Translations under genes and position numbers: made by a program
From: Octopus bimaculoides
Lineage: Eukaryota
Length of the DNA stretch: 64,000 nucleotides
NCBI RefSeq assembly: GCF_001194135.2
Contig: NC_069001.1
Coordinates: 17,919,695-17,983,694 of the forward strand
Direction of reading: 5' to 3'
Shown here: positions 49,430 to 63,367 of the stretch, in pieces
Layout of the letters: each line of letters begins with the position of its first letter
Position numbering within the stretch: the first letter of the stretch is position 1
Notes under the pieces: model-generated
Seen by the model: the letters and a program-made list of their open reading frames with translations, nothing else
Databases searched by the model: none
What the model was told of the DNA's origin: nothing

Positions 49430-51112
49430 GGGTAGCATTGACCATGTTTGGAGGGTGCATTTTACGTGTTACCGGCACGGGGAACTAGTCAGGCGGCTCT
49501 GGCAGTGACCCACACATGAATGAATGGTGCTTATCGCATGCCACCAGCACTGGTAACAGCCACAACTACAATTTCCATTTGATTGTGATTTGGTTTGATT
49601 TTGATTTACTTGACTCAATAGGTCTCCTTACACACGGAATGTCACCCAACGGTTGAAAGGTACTTTTTAAATGGGCTGGTTATGCAACACTTGGTGTTGG
49701 CTACGGCTGTGATCTCACTTTCCTTGCCCGATCTTCTCAATCGCAGCATATCTCCAGAGGTCTTGGTCTTTTGTCATTGCATCTATGAGGCCCAACGTTT
49801 GCAGGTCATGCTTCACCATCTCATCCCATGTCTTCCTGGGTCTCCCTCTTCCATGGGTTCCTTCCACTGTTAGGGAGTGACACTTCTTTACACAGCTTTC
49901 CTCATCCATACATAGCACATGACCATACCTATGCAGTCGTCTCTCTTGCACACCACATCTGATGCTTCTTATCTCCAACTTTTCTCTCTGTCGTGTGTGC
50001 ACACTAACATTACACATCCATCGGATCATACTAACTTCATTTCTTTCAAGCCTACGCATGTCTTCAGCAGTCACGGCTCATGTTTCACTGCCGTGAAGCA
50101 TGGCAGTTCGCACATATGCATCGTACAATTTACCTTTCACTCTGAGTGAGAGACCCTTTGTCACCAGTAGAGGTAGGAGCTTTCTGAACTTTGCCCAGGC
50201 TATTCTTATTCTAGTGGCAATGCTCTCTGAGCATCCACCCCGACTACAGACAAGGTAGCGGAAGCTATCAACTACTTCTAGTTTCTCCCCCCGACATGTG
50301 ATGGAATCGGTTTTCTGAGCATCTGCGGTGCTTATTGCCCCTGTGCATCTGCCGCACACAAAAGCTATCTTCCCAGTTAACCTTCCTTTGATGTTGTTGC
50401 ACCTCTTATGCATCCATAGCTTACACTGGGTACATCTTATGGAGTTTATACCAACACCTTTTCTACAGATCGAGCAGGGCCATCTACCTGAAGGGCTTTG
50501 TGATGTGTTCGCCTTCATACTTACTAGGACTTTGGTTTTTGCAATGTTGACTCTGAGGCCCTTCGATTCTAAACTTTGCTTCCATGCCTGAAATTTCTTC
50601 TCTAGTTCTGGTAGTGATTCTGCTATGAGAGCAAGGTCATCAGCATATAGGAGCACCCAGGAGCAGCCCATCTTGAATTCCACTGTTATTGCTTGAAGGA
50701 CTATGATGAATAAGAGGGGACTGAAGGCTGATCCTTGGTGAACCCCTACTTCTACACAAAATTCTTCCTTATACTCATTTCCAACCCTTACCTTATGAAC
50801 AGCATCCCTGTACAACTCTTATTAACCACTCATCAATCCCCAGTTTCCGCATCACCCACCAGATAAGGGATCAGGGGACCCTGTCAAAGGCTTTCTCCAA
50901 GTCAACATAAGCCAAGTATAGGGGTTTATCTTTGGCTAGGTATTTCTCCTACAGTTGCCGTACCAGAAATATAGCATCAATGGTACTTCTACTTGGCACA
51001 AAACCAAACTGCATCTCATCTAAGCAGACTCTCTCCCTAATTAGTTGGACTATGACCCTCTCTATGACCGTCATCACCTGATCCAGCAGTTTGATACCTC
51101 TATAGTTATTTC
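49430..51112 (-). mobile_element. RTE-clade LINE, RT domain to 3' UTR, 5'-truncated
   Basis: NNYRGIKLL, QFGF, DLEKAFDRVP, GVHQGSAFSPLLF, YADDL, PHD-like finger, GRGRPRKTW. Confidence 0.95.
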
Positions 51113-53396
51113 AAAGAAAATTCCACACGTGGTCACGAGCAAACAGGGTAACATCCTCCAATGAGAAAATATCAGGAGACAAAGACAAGGATAAAAGAAA
51201 ACACAAAGTCGTACCTGACAAGAAAAAATGTGTCACACAATGAAATAGGTGTTTGCAACAGAAAAAGTTCATGTGTGTCAAATATTCAGACACAGTTGTT
51301 TAGCAGCTATCGAAAACATGTACACAGTTCGACGTCACCATTAAGAGAAAATTGCATTTGGAGAAAAATGGTCGTAGACCAGAGGTAACAGCTATCATTA
51401 GTTGGTCAAAGAAATATTCCACAGAGAATCCATGCTATAAGTATACAATGTTCTCTCAGGTTATCTGGGATTGACGTAAAAGGTTCTGAACATCTTGCCA
51501 TGTTCCATGATGACAGTGAGAAAATAGGAGGAATTCAAACTACAAAAATTACTTTCAGACAGGCACTAGGCATAGAATACCATAGCAAGTTGCTGGTAGG
51601 AAAGAATATCGAATCTATGTGCCTTGCTCTCTCTCTCTGATGTTGACCTTGTTGCATCTTAGAGAAGAAGTGGTAGATTCAATTGGAAATCACTCTTAAG
51701 TAGGCGATATTGCTTCTAACACCCTCCTGTGTGTGGTTCAGAAGTTATACCTTGTATGCTAGCAAAGGAGAAGCTAACCATGCTTTGCTTGGCATGTTCT
51801 AGAATATTGACCTTTGGAGATATGCTGTAATTGAGAAGACCCAGTAATTAAAGTGATATCGCAACCATGGCCAATGCCAGTGTTGCATGTCTGGCCCATT
51901 TAAAAGTACCCTTGATGCATCAGGCAATATGGTATGCTTGAGAAGACCTGTTGAGTCAAGTAAAACCAAAATCGTAGCTGTGGCCAGTGCCCCCTAAGTG
52001 GTTCCCGTTTTGGTGGCACGTAAAAAGCACCATCTGCACGTGACTGATGCCAGTACCACTTGACTGGCTTCCATGCCAGTGGCACATAAAAAGCACTATC
52101 CAAATGTGATCGATGCCAGGTCCACCTGACTGGCTCCTGTGCTAGTAGCATGTAAAAAGCACCCACTACACTCTTGGAGTGGTTGGCATTAGGAAGGGCA
52201 TCCAGCTGTAGAAAGATTGCCAGATCAGATTAGAGCCTGGTGCAGCTGCTGGCTTTCCAGACCTCAGTCAAATCGTCCAACCCATGCCAGCATGGAAAAC
52301 AAATTTCTGTGCCAAAATAAGAAAAAATTTCATCATCATTACTTTTCCATGCTTGCATGGATCAAACAGAATTTGCTAAGAAGATTTTTCTACAGGTCGG
52401 TGTCTTTCTGTCACAAACCCTCACCTGTTTTCAAGTAAGGTAATATTTCCCCATAGCTAAATGTTTTTAACAGAAGACTAGAAATGAACAACCTTGCTTG
52501 TATAATGATAAAGCTCATTTACAACCATCACATGATGGCTAGATAAGAGCACACACATAAACATAACAACAAGCTTCTTTCAGTTTCCTTCTATGAAATT
52601 CATTCATAAGGTTTTGGTTAAGGTACCATACATTGGGATTGAATCCAAGACCATTTGATTGGGAAGCAAGCTTCTTAAACACACATGTTTCTCCCAAAAC
52701 AATTTCTTTTGGGTCAGAGCTCCATGGCATTCCAATATTGTGTGCAAAAACAATTAAAATGAAACAGTAGAATCCAGAAAAGTAATAGGTTTAACAGGAT
52801 CTAATTGACAAGAGGACTGTGTCAAGCTTCAATGATCACTTTGGCATACTTAGGAAGGGCTACATGCCCTTCCTAACACCAATCACTTTACAGAGTGTAC
52901 TGGTTACATTTTTTGTAGCTCTGGCATTAGTGAGGTCATCAAGTAACTCACAAGACAAGGTCTCTTGATTGAGGTAGGTGGGGGTGCAGTATTAAAGGAA
53001 GTGGCTTTGTGCCTGGTGTTGAGAGGCTAAAGTATGATAGAGAGACAGGAAAAAGTGACTTGCTGTAGAGATGATACTTGGATCTCCCAGTTGGAAAGGG
53101 AAAAAGGGTGGCAGAGATAAGGCATTAGGACATACACTCAAGGTACAAGAAGTTGAATATAAGGGACAGAAGATGGGGAAGGGTAGATGGGTAAATTTGC
53201 AAGAGTGTGTAAAGAGAGTGACAGATGGCTGGAGATAGGGATAATGACGAATGCAGTAGACGGTGAACATGAATGGAGACATGATCGATGGTGAATCTCA
53301 ATTGGGTGTGGAGGGAAATGGAAGTGGGTTGGAGAGGGGGTGGTACTGAGTAGCTGTACATATAAGCAATATTAAAATAATGAAATGAAAGCTTAA

Positions 53397-53613
53397 CCCT
53401 TTCACATTCAGATTACTCTTTCAAATGTAATGCTTAGTTATTCACATTTAAAAAAATTAATCATGCATTATCTCACAGCTTTGGGATTTTGATATGATTG
53501 TATATTTTTAGAATGGCATTGTAAGGTAGGTGTAAGAGGCTAGATCTTGATAGTTTGAACATAAAACAGGTAGAATATTTGGGCCAGATGTGGCCAGTTT
53601 GAATGCTAAAGGG
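53397..53613. mobile_element. piggyBac-type MITE, 217 bp
   Basis: TTAA TSD on both sides; TIR CCCTTTYRCATTCA. Confidence 0.9.
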
Positions 53614-54942
53614 TTAAAAAGCTCTGCTCATAGAAACATTGTTTCATTGAAGTTCTCAAAGTTTAAGAGGTCACTGGAGAATAACATAGGTGACAGGTCT
53701 CTATAAATCAATCTAATAAAGATGGTAAACTTCAGTTAAAACATAAAAACGAAATAAACCTAAATGTAGAGTTCCAATCTCTAATCTCACAGAATCCCTT
53801 AAGAGAATTTACAAACAGTAAATATAAAATATAAAAGATTGATGCTAAAGCATTTTAGGATCTAAAATATTCAACCCTTTGTTGCCAACAGCTCTATAGT
53901 GTAAGGTTTCACAGGAACTTGTCAGCTTCAGCTGATGTTGGTGATGTCAAAGATGGTTCAAAAGACATCTTGGCATTGCAGGTCCTGGTCAATGATGATG
54001 GAAGATGAGGCTGCAAAATGTTCTTTAAATATTCAGTGCTGACTGCTATTTCTTGCATTAGGGATCACCAGTTGTACAGAAAAGAACACTGGAGTCTGTT
54101 GGGATTTTGATATTTTTTCATACACAAAAAAATGAATGTTGTTATTAATATAAACAACAAAATGTCAAAAGAGGTTTTGTTTTTGTTCGCTCTGCTGCAT
54201 CCAAACCTCTCTATCTAGTAGTCATGGTGTGTCAACTCTTATACTGGTTGAAAGACTGAGAATGAAATGTGCCAAAATAAGGGATTGTTGTTGGAGCCTA
54301 TTTGATGTGAAGTTGTGATTGGTCAGATTTTGTTCATCACGTGGGCAATATTCTAGTGAAGCATATCAGGTGATTGCTGAATAGCCTTGCTACAGGATTA
54401 TCAAAGTTTGTCATCTTCTACCTTCCTTTATGGGCTTGTTTATGTTGTTACATTTCAAAGCATAGATTATACACCTATTGCACAGAAGTGTACATTTTTA
54501 GGCTAAAATACTGAACAACTTAACATTTCATGAATGTAAAATCCAGTTCAATTTCGCATCAATTTGCCAAATTCTGGTCTTCAATTAGGTGTCAGAATAT
54601 CAATATATTTATGCAAAAATAGATTCCTGACAAAAGTTTTGTAAAAGAAACAAGTGTCCACACATGTTCACTTTTCCAAAGAAAGCCAAAATAATTTACA
54701 AAATCCATGAAAAAGTCTTTACAGCCCACTGCACAACCTCAGTTTTATCTCTTCAGTAACAACTGGGTGGGGGATGAGGTCAAGACTTGCTAGCTGCTAC
54801 TTTGACAATTACTGCACTAGTTTACTTTAGCTCTTAACAGTTTATATTTTATAAGAAAACAATTTCACTTTTAAGCCTGGAAATCACTTTCATAAGCCCT
54901 GGAAATGATAATTTATTCCAGAAACTTTTTTTTTTACAGTTA

Positions 54943-56873
54943 CAAGGTGGTACCAAAAGCCTCTTGGACTAGTTATATTTAATAAAAAAATAACTTATTT
55001 ACTTAAGTTTTAAGGCATTCCTTCATTACATGCAACAAAAAGCACGTGGTATTGTTTGTTAATTTCCGTAAAAAATTTAGAACATGAAAAGGCGACATTT
55101 GATTTGAAATAGAGCAGGAAGCTGAAAGAGAGAAAGTGAAAATGTATGTAGTGTATATGAAATGGACGTGTGTGCGTGTGTGTGTGTGTGTGAGTGATTG
55201 AGTGAGAGAGAGAGAGAGAATGAGAGTGATTGAAGGTGTGTGTTGTCATGCATGTATTTTTTTTGCATGTATAGTGGCTGTTGTTGGCTGTTCAAGTGTG
55301 TGTTATTAAATGGAAAAACAGTTAGTTTGAATCGCTATAAGACATTTTTGTGTATAAATATATTGTTTATTCTGTGTTCACCTTTTGTGGTGGAAGCATG
55401 TAGTATGATATAAAAACATGTTTTTTACATACAAAGAAAGTTTTGAGTTTTGCTTTTGCACTGAAAGAAGTAACATATAATATTTGTATTACAGTATATA
55501 TGCATGTGTTTAATGAGTCATTTTGAGAATGTGTGTGTGATAAAATATTGCATGTGGGAGATTGTGCATGGAGTTGCAGAGAAGACATGTGTCTTTGACT
55601 GAAGCTTGGCAGGAACTGAGTGATTCTACAGTATAGCTCAGAATGAGGCTATTGTATCAAAATGAGGCTAGACCCTCATCAATATATTCGTCTGCTGTGC
55701 AGGTCGACTCATATATTACCATGTAATATGTATCTCTGCTACACATGTATGTGTAAGTGACACTCACATGCACACATTATCTTTCATATACACACACATG
55801 CATAGATGTAAATAAATAGACATGCATACATAATTTTTGTGTGATAGAGAGAGCGAGTGAGTGCCATTTACACATACATGCAAAAAATAGACATAAATAG
55901 ATGTACATGCATAGATGTACATAAATAGATATGCATACATCATTTTTGTGTGTGATAGAGAGAGAGCGAGTGAGTGCCACTTACACATACATGCAAAAAA
56001 ATACATACACGACAACATACACCTTCAGTCACTTACTCTCTACACACAAACACTCACGTCCATTTTATATACAAGTATATACATCTTTCCCTTTCTCCTC
56101 TCTTTCAACTTCCTGCTGTAACTTTAAAGCAAATGTTGCTTTCAAAGAGAAGTAAAGAAATGAAAATTTTTTACAGAAATTAATGAACAACACCATGGGA
56201 GTTTCGACAACTTTGTGGCTTCTCATGAATGAATGCCAATTTTAATATCATCTCCTTCGAAATAGTCACCTTGCGCAGCGGTCTACCAGTCCCAGCATTC
56301 CTGCAACTTTTGGAATCTGGCCTGGGAAGTTGTTTAATGTAAGCAAGTCAAGGACCTGTGATTTACTCTGGATCTCAACGACGATGTTAAAACATCAACC
56401 TTTGAGCTGCATTTTCATCTTGGGGAAGAAATGGAAGTCCACAAGTGCTAAATCTGGAGAATAGGACAGGTACAGAAGCAACATCATGTTTTTGGCGAGA
56501 AACTCAGTGACAGGGTATATTGTTGTTGTGAAGAATCCAATTCTTCATGCTTCACTCGAAATATTGCATACGACTCATTGCCTCGTTGCCGTAACCTTGC
56601 TGAAGAATGCTCAGTGTCTCTGTAGGAGACTTCCCAAGTTTAACGCAAAATTTCACGCTGGATCTTTGTTTCTGTCCATGACAAAATCACAAATTACAGC
56701 ATACACGTGATCACAAAAACACAAATTTCACAACTTGCGAAGTAAACACAGCAATGTCACTCTGCACAGTGTCTCATGAAGGCCACTGCCAGCTCTCACT
56801 GCGTTCGCAACTGTATACTGCCATCTGTTGGCGAGCGACAGAACTAGACTGGGAACTTTTTGATACCACCTCG
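54943..56873 (-). mobile_element. Internally deleted mariner split by a nested insertion
   Basis: TA|CRAGGTGGTAYCAAAA TIRs; YSPDLALVDFHFFPKMK...GDYFEGD-like C-terminus at 56260-56470. Confidence 0.88.
55014..56237. mobile_element. Unclassified long-TIR (~250 bp) non-autonomous element
   Basis: Ends GGCATTCMTTCAT; flanks agttttaa / aattttaa (7 of 8 match, TSD); removing it restores the mariner 3' end. Confidence 0.75.
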
Positions 56874-57949
56874 TATGTGAAACAGAAAAGCTCACCAGCA
56901 ACCAGGCTGAAGTCCACAGTTTTAATTGTTTGTAGTTCTTTTGTGACAGTTTATTTTGTGAGACGTAGCAGTTTGTAAGTTAATTTTGTTGTTTTGTGTC
57001 AGTGTTTTTAACACTTNNNNNNNNNNNNNNNNNNNNNNNNNNNNNNNNNNNNNNNNNNNNNNNNNNNNNNNNNNNNNNNNNNNNNNNNNNNNNNNNNNNN
57101 NNNNNNNNNNNNNNNNNNNNNNNNNNNNNNNNNNNNNNNNNNNNNNNNNNNNNNNNNNNNNNNNNNNNNNNNNNNNNNNNNNNNNNNNNNNNNNNNNNNN
57201 NNNNNNNNNNNNNNNNNNNNNNNNNNNNNNNNNNNNNNNNNNNNNNNNNNNNNNNNNNNNNNNNNNNNNNNNNNNNNNNNNNNNNNNNNNNNNNNNNNNN
57301 NNNNNNNNNNNNNNNNNNNNNNNNNNNNNNNNNNNNNNNNNNNNNNNNNNNNNNNNNNNNNNNNNNNNNNNNNNNNNNNNNNNNNNNNNNNNNNNNNNNN
57401 NNNNNNNNNNNNNNNNNNNNNNNNNNNNNNNNNNNNNNNNNNNNNNNNNNNNNNNNNNNNNNNNNNNNNNNNNNNNNNNNNNNNNNNNNNNNNNNNNNNN
57501 NNNNNNNNNNNNNNNNNNNNNNNNNNNNNNNNNNNNNNNNNNNNNNNNNNNNNNNNNNNNNNNNNNNNNNNNNNNNNNNNNNNNNNNNNNNNNNNNNNNN
57601 NNNNNNNNNNNNNNNNNNNNNNNNNNNNNNNNNNNNNNNNNNNNNNNNNNNNNNNNNNNNNNNNNNNNNNNNNNNNNNNNNNNNNNNNNNNNNNNNNNNN
57701 NNNNNNNNNNNNNNNNNNNNNNNNNNNNNNNNNNNNNNNNNNNNNNNNNNNNNNNNNNNNNNNNNNNNNNNNNNNNNNNNNNNNNNNNNNNNNNNNNNNN
57801 NNNNNNNNNNNNNNNNNNNNNNNNNNNNNNNNNNNNNNNNNNNNNNNAAAAAAGAAAGAAGAGGAAGAAGATAAGCCCAATGCATGTAGAACCCCACCCC
57901 ACAACAACCCAATGCCCACCCATACCCTCTTAGTCCCACCCTCTCCCTG

Positions 57950-58320
57950 CAGACACTAAACCTTCCCATTCTCCTCCAACACAAAAACAAAAAAAGAAGA
58001 GAGCTTACACACAGGAATTCACAAACTCCCCCCCCCCATTGGTTGTTTTGCGTGTGTGATGTTTGAAGACGTGGAAAAGGAACTGGTTGAAAGGGTGACT
58101 GGATGGGAAAATACACTTATGTTGATGTAGAGAAGGAAGAGAGTATTGAAGGAGAGAGTACAGTTCTGTTAATAACGGAACAACAAGTGTTGGATATAAA
58201 GGGACACAAAGGAGACTATGAGCTGTGGAAGGTGGACTATGACATGGGAAAGCTGCCACGGTAGATAGAATACAAAAAACTAAAAATACAATACGGACTG
58301 GATACAATGGCACACAGAGG
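57950..58320 (-). mobile_element. Possible highly degraded Penelope-like linker region
   Basis: Weak peptide resemblance only (...LHQHKCIFPSSHP..., PFQPVPFPRLQT); a similar tract lies at ~52990-53340. Confidence 0.25.
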
Positions 58321-61300
58321 TAAAGTAAGTGATGTTACTTGATGGCGCAAGTAACACAATTTTCATTATATCATACGTTTTATTTTTTTTTCCTTTGTTT
58401 TATGTCCCCAAATGTGATGTATTGTTCCTCTTTGTTAGCCCGTTATGGGTAATAAAGAAATAAGTTTTAATTGTTTGTTGTATTCTCACTTGATGGAGGG
58501 AACATAAGATCACTATACACCGGTAGCAGACTGACTTGCAAGGTAATGAAAAATATATTTGTTTATTAGTTTGGTATTCGTCAAATAAATAAATAAATCA
58601 CAATTATGAATCAAATAATATATATTTTACAATCTATCTAGCGAAATTTTCTATTTTTTCTTATCGTAACATTTTGTTATCACATTAACAGAAACCTTCT
58701 TACTTTTGAAAGTTTCGTATGAGCCACTTCAGTCTGGTGACGACTTGGTTGAATTCTGGCGCCAAACCAAACAAAATAGATTTTCCAATTTCTTTCTGGT
58801 AAGTCTGGTTATTCTATAGTCCTCAATCTCTCTCTCTTTTTTGACGACTGTATCTTGGGCATATCTTTAGTTGATGTTAATTTATTAACCAGGAGACTAA
58901 ACAAAATGCTTTAATTATATCAATTATTATTGTCATATCTGTTTCTATGTCTATGTAGCAAGCTCAGCTAGTCTCCCTCTGGCTTTTCTTTTAGTTGGCG
59001 ACTGTCTCTGAAATATATATATTATCAGTTATTGTCATGTATCTGTTTGTGTCGTTTGGTTTTTACAAGCGGGAGGGGAAAATGTAAGTGTATTTGTAAA
59101 ACTAAACTTATTTATATAAATAATCATTAATTTCCGCTATTAAAACATACATCAACACACACATCAAACCAGAATAGGAAAACACTAAGAGAATGAAATT
59201 TATCTTTGTTACATTTTATGTCCCGTAGAGTAGAGCACTTAAGAATAGTTTCCCGCACTTGGGTGTTTATCATATATTTCTGTCTACATTTACGTTTGGT
59301 TTTACTGATGGGAGCAAAAGATTTCAGAATGTAAAGTTCCAAATATATTACATAATTAATATTTTATTTCTCTTGTACTAACCTCAAAAAAGACATGAAA
59401 TAAATACCTTTGTTGCTTTTTATATCTCGTAAAGTAGGACATTTCAAAAGTTTCCTACATTTGACGTATTTATCACACTGATCATTCCTAACGAACTTCC
59501 CCGATTGTTTTTAATTTAATTTATAACTTGACCTCTCGAATGATGATGATAATAATAATAATAATTTTGATACAAGGCCAGCAATTTCAGAGGAGGGAAT
59601 AAATCGATTACATCGACCCCAGTGCTCAACTGGTTCTTATTTTATCGACCCTGAACGGATGAAAGACTAAGTCGACCTCAGCGGAATTTGGATTCTCAAC
59701 ACGAAGATAGACGAAATGCCGCTAAGCATTTTACTCGGTGTGCTAACGATTCTGCCTCTGTCATACTGACAGCTGGTGAGAATGCAATCATTTGTACTGT
59801 TTATGTTGTTAAGCTTCCCTCCTCCCATCACCAGGTCAGAACTATTTGAAATTTAGAAGACGATAGGCTGTTATTTCTAGCATGTCAAGCGATCACACAG
59901 TGGCTCTGTTGTGTATCCTAATGTTGTGATGAAGTTGTTTAACTTCTAGGTCAGCTCTAATCGAGCAGGCTTGTTTATTTACTATCAGAGGCACTCTATA
60001 CGTGACCAACCAGTCATGCAGAACTAATTCAATATATCTTTTATAAATGAAAGATGATGGCGGGAGATTAGGTTGTGGTTTCTTGCATATTCGGAATCTC
60101 CGTCATCTAAAACATTTAAAAAAAAAAAAATTTGAAAAAAGTTCAAAATTTTAAATTGGGGGTGACGGGGTGAAATTTAAAAAAACAACTTTTTTTGCAT
60201 ATTCGGATGTAAATTTTGCATATACATCTAAAACTTAGGGATCCGAAAATATTTTTCAAAAAAATGCATTTTTTCAGGAGAGGTGCGATTCTGCATGAGC
60301 CCCGGTTGCTATTTCTTGAAACTCCAACGCGTACGTAGTGGCTTCTTTGTCTTTTGGAGTTTACCTTCGTGGGAAATCCACGTACATGGTGATCATGTTG
60401 CTGATCCAATCATAACGACTGATGTATGAAAGTCTTTTACAGTCTGTCATGAAAAATATCGATTAGATGTTAGGTTGAATGGTGGGTATTCTTTCGGTTT
60501 ATGATGTAAAAAAAAAAAATCCTAAGTAGGTGGCGTTAGAAAATGGAAATTTAGTAGAGAAGTTAAAATACTTTATTGAAGTTTGTATTTCGTTTGAAAA
60601 AAGTTTTATTTATTAATTATTTGTAATCTTTGTTGGTGAAAACAGGAATCTGAAGAAATTTTTGTGAAAAAATAAAAACAGAAGGGGTGTGTTTATTTTT
60701 CTAAACATTACCGAATAGTGTTAATATTTCCACTTCCATTTTGTGGCCAAAAACTGAAAGAATATCAATGAGATAGATGGAATACTTGCAGTTATACAAT
60801 AATACTTGGATTTCTTGTGTTGTTTTTAGCTTCGTGTCAACTATGGTTGGGAGAACATGTTTAAAATACTTTTGTTCAGTTTCATCTGTCTTTTTTTTTG
60901 TGGTGTTTCTAGGACTATGTTGAAGAATGTTTAATTGTGGCATTGTTTACCACCTCACTGCCCTTCCTTTGTTTTTCAAGTAACAGATTTTCTTATTCCA
61001 CATAGATTTTGAAGACCCAAAGCAAGAGGGAGACTAGTTCTTGACTGGAGATTAAGAAGCTTGTTTCCCAATTACATGTTTGGGTTTAGTCCCATTCCAT
61101 GGTACCTTGGGCAAGTGTCTTCTACTATAGCCTCAGGCTGACCAAAGCCTTGTTAGTAGATTTGGTAGAGGGGGAAGCTTAAAAGAAGCCCATCATAAAT
61201 GTGTGTGTGTCTGTGTTTGTATCCCACCACTACTTGTCAAAAGAGACCAATAGAATAGATATTAGGCTTTAAAAATTAAGAACTGGGGTTGATTCATTTG

Positions 61301-62939
61301 ACTAAAATTTCTTCAAGGCAGTGCCCCAGCATGGCCATGGTCTAATGACAAACAAATAAAAGATAAAAGATTTAATCTTTAGGTGCAATACAAATCCTAA
61401 TATGGTCATTTCTGTTTTGGAATCCTGTCTTTCCAAATATATTAACCATTCAGTTTGTTTCTTATATTCCTGTTGATACACTAAGATTAAACAGATGTAA
61501 TATAGTTCAAAAGGGTGGAACCTTATTTTTTTTATCCTTAATGATTTTAGATATTAGCTTCTACAAACTTTTATAAAGTTATTACTTCTTCCCAGCTATG
61601 TGGGCTTGGGTTCAGTCTCACTACATGGCACTTTGGGCAAATATCTTACCGAAGCCGTGTGTCAGAAACTGAAAGAAGCCAATCGTATATGTATATATTA
61701 CCATAATATATAGGTGTGTGTGTTTTGTGTGTACCCTTGTCTTGGACATCACCTGGTTATTGTAAATGAGCATCGTTATCATCCTGCAAATAAGGTTGTT
61801 TGTTTTTGGTCTTCTGTGAAAAACATGTCTGGCTATGAGAAAATACTACTCTACTTGGAAACAGGTGAGAGTTGGTGACAGGAAGGGCATCCAGTTATGG
61901 AAAATCTGCCTCATAAATTCTTTTTGATCCATACAGGTGTAGAGGAATGGGCATTGGATTCAATAATGCTTATTACTCTAGACCCGTGGAAGAGGGAGAC
62001 CCAGGAAGACATGGGATGAAGGGGTCAGGATCGATCTCAGGATGTTAGGCCTCATGGAGGAAAGGACAATGGACTGAGATGTCTGGCAATATAAAGTTCT
62101 TGAGAAGAACCCATGTCAGCGAAACTGAGTTCTAGAAGCAGTACAAACCCTACCCCAATAAATAAAAAAAGCATCTCTTCTTCACATTTCCTCCTTCATG
62201 CACTATGCTTATCTCTCACTCCCCAATCCTGACCTCACATCCCTGTTCACTGGGAAGGGCATCCAATCATAGAAACCCTGCTAAAATGGATAGAAGTCTG
62301 GCCAGCTCCTGTTAAACTGTCGAACCCATGCCAGGATGGAAGGAGGATGTTAAACGATGATGATGATCTTTTATAGAGGGTGACCAATAAAGACCTCTAC
62401 AGGGACCTTCTCCTAATATTAGAGGTAGTCAGAGCCAGGAGACTCTATTTTGCTGGGCATTGGTACTAGGCCAGGAATGAATGCATCGGGGATTGTGTTG
62501 CTCCGGGAATCAACACATGATTACTGGAGAAGAGGTCAACTGGCTATAATATAGTTGACAGACTAAAGATCAACAGTGGTTTATTAGTTCTTGTGTTGAA
62601 GTTGGTAATGGAGGACAGGGACAATTGTAGGAACGTCTGTGCAGATCAATGAAACTCAATCTAAAGAAGAGAAGAATTATTAAAGTTAGGATTAGGCCAT
62701 CTTATGGGTTCACCTCCCTCAAGAATGTGTATGACTTGATTAAGTTAGTTATCTCAGACAATGATAATGAATCAATGAAATTTGGAATTATTACATGTGA
62801 TTTTAATTTGCTTGGTATGTGGACAGAATTTACAAAATACATGTCTAAATGAAGAATGCAGAAATTCTTCATTTTATACAGCTTATTTTCTAACCCTGCT
62901 TGTATCAAAGGTAATATTTTGTAAATCTAGTTTTTGTAA

Positions 62940-63260
62940 ACAAAATAAACTTCATCGTCGTCACTGGCATGGGTTAGATGGCTCCAATCTGATCTGACAA
63001 AGTTTCTACAGCTAGATGCCCTTCCTAATGCCAACCACTCTGAGAGTGTAGTGGTTGCTTTTTACATGCCACCAGCATGAGGGCCAGTCAGGCAGTACTG
63101 GCATTGACCACGCTTGAATGGTGCTTTTTATGTACTACCGGCATGGGAGCCAGTCAGGTGGCACTGGCAACGATCACGCTCGAATGATGCTTTTTATGTG
63201 CCAGCGGCACTGGCATCGACCACACGCGAATGGTGCTTTTTACGTACCACCAGCACGTAA
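62940..63260 (-). mobile_element. RTE-UTR-derived short element
   Basis: Family 3' end plus repeated tggtgctttttacgtgcc units. Confidence 0.8.
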
Positions 63261-63367
63261 ATTTCGATTTAAACTTAGCAATTTAGAATTATTAAATGCA
63301 AATGTTCACTGTATCATTATAAACCCAATGTACAGGTAGATTGGAAAAAGAATTGACAATTTGCACA

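Noticed and set aside
8957-58116. Long ORFs in the track at ~9.0, 13.8, 35.3, 40.2 and 57 kb
   Set aside because: They run through N gaps (9034-9381, 13991-14764, 35390-35622, 40278-40868, 57017-57847); only the flanking TE peptides are real.
60280-60440. Candidate plus-strand exon after ttttttcag
   Set aside because: All three frames stop before a convincing donor and no peptide is recognisable; flanking repeated tgcatattcgga motifs suggest a TE.
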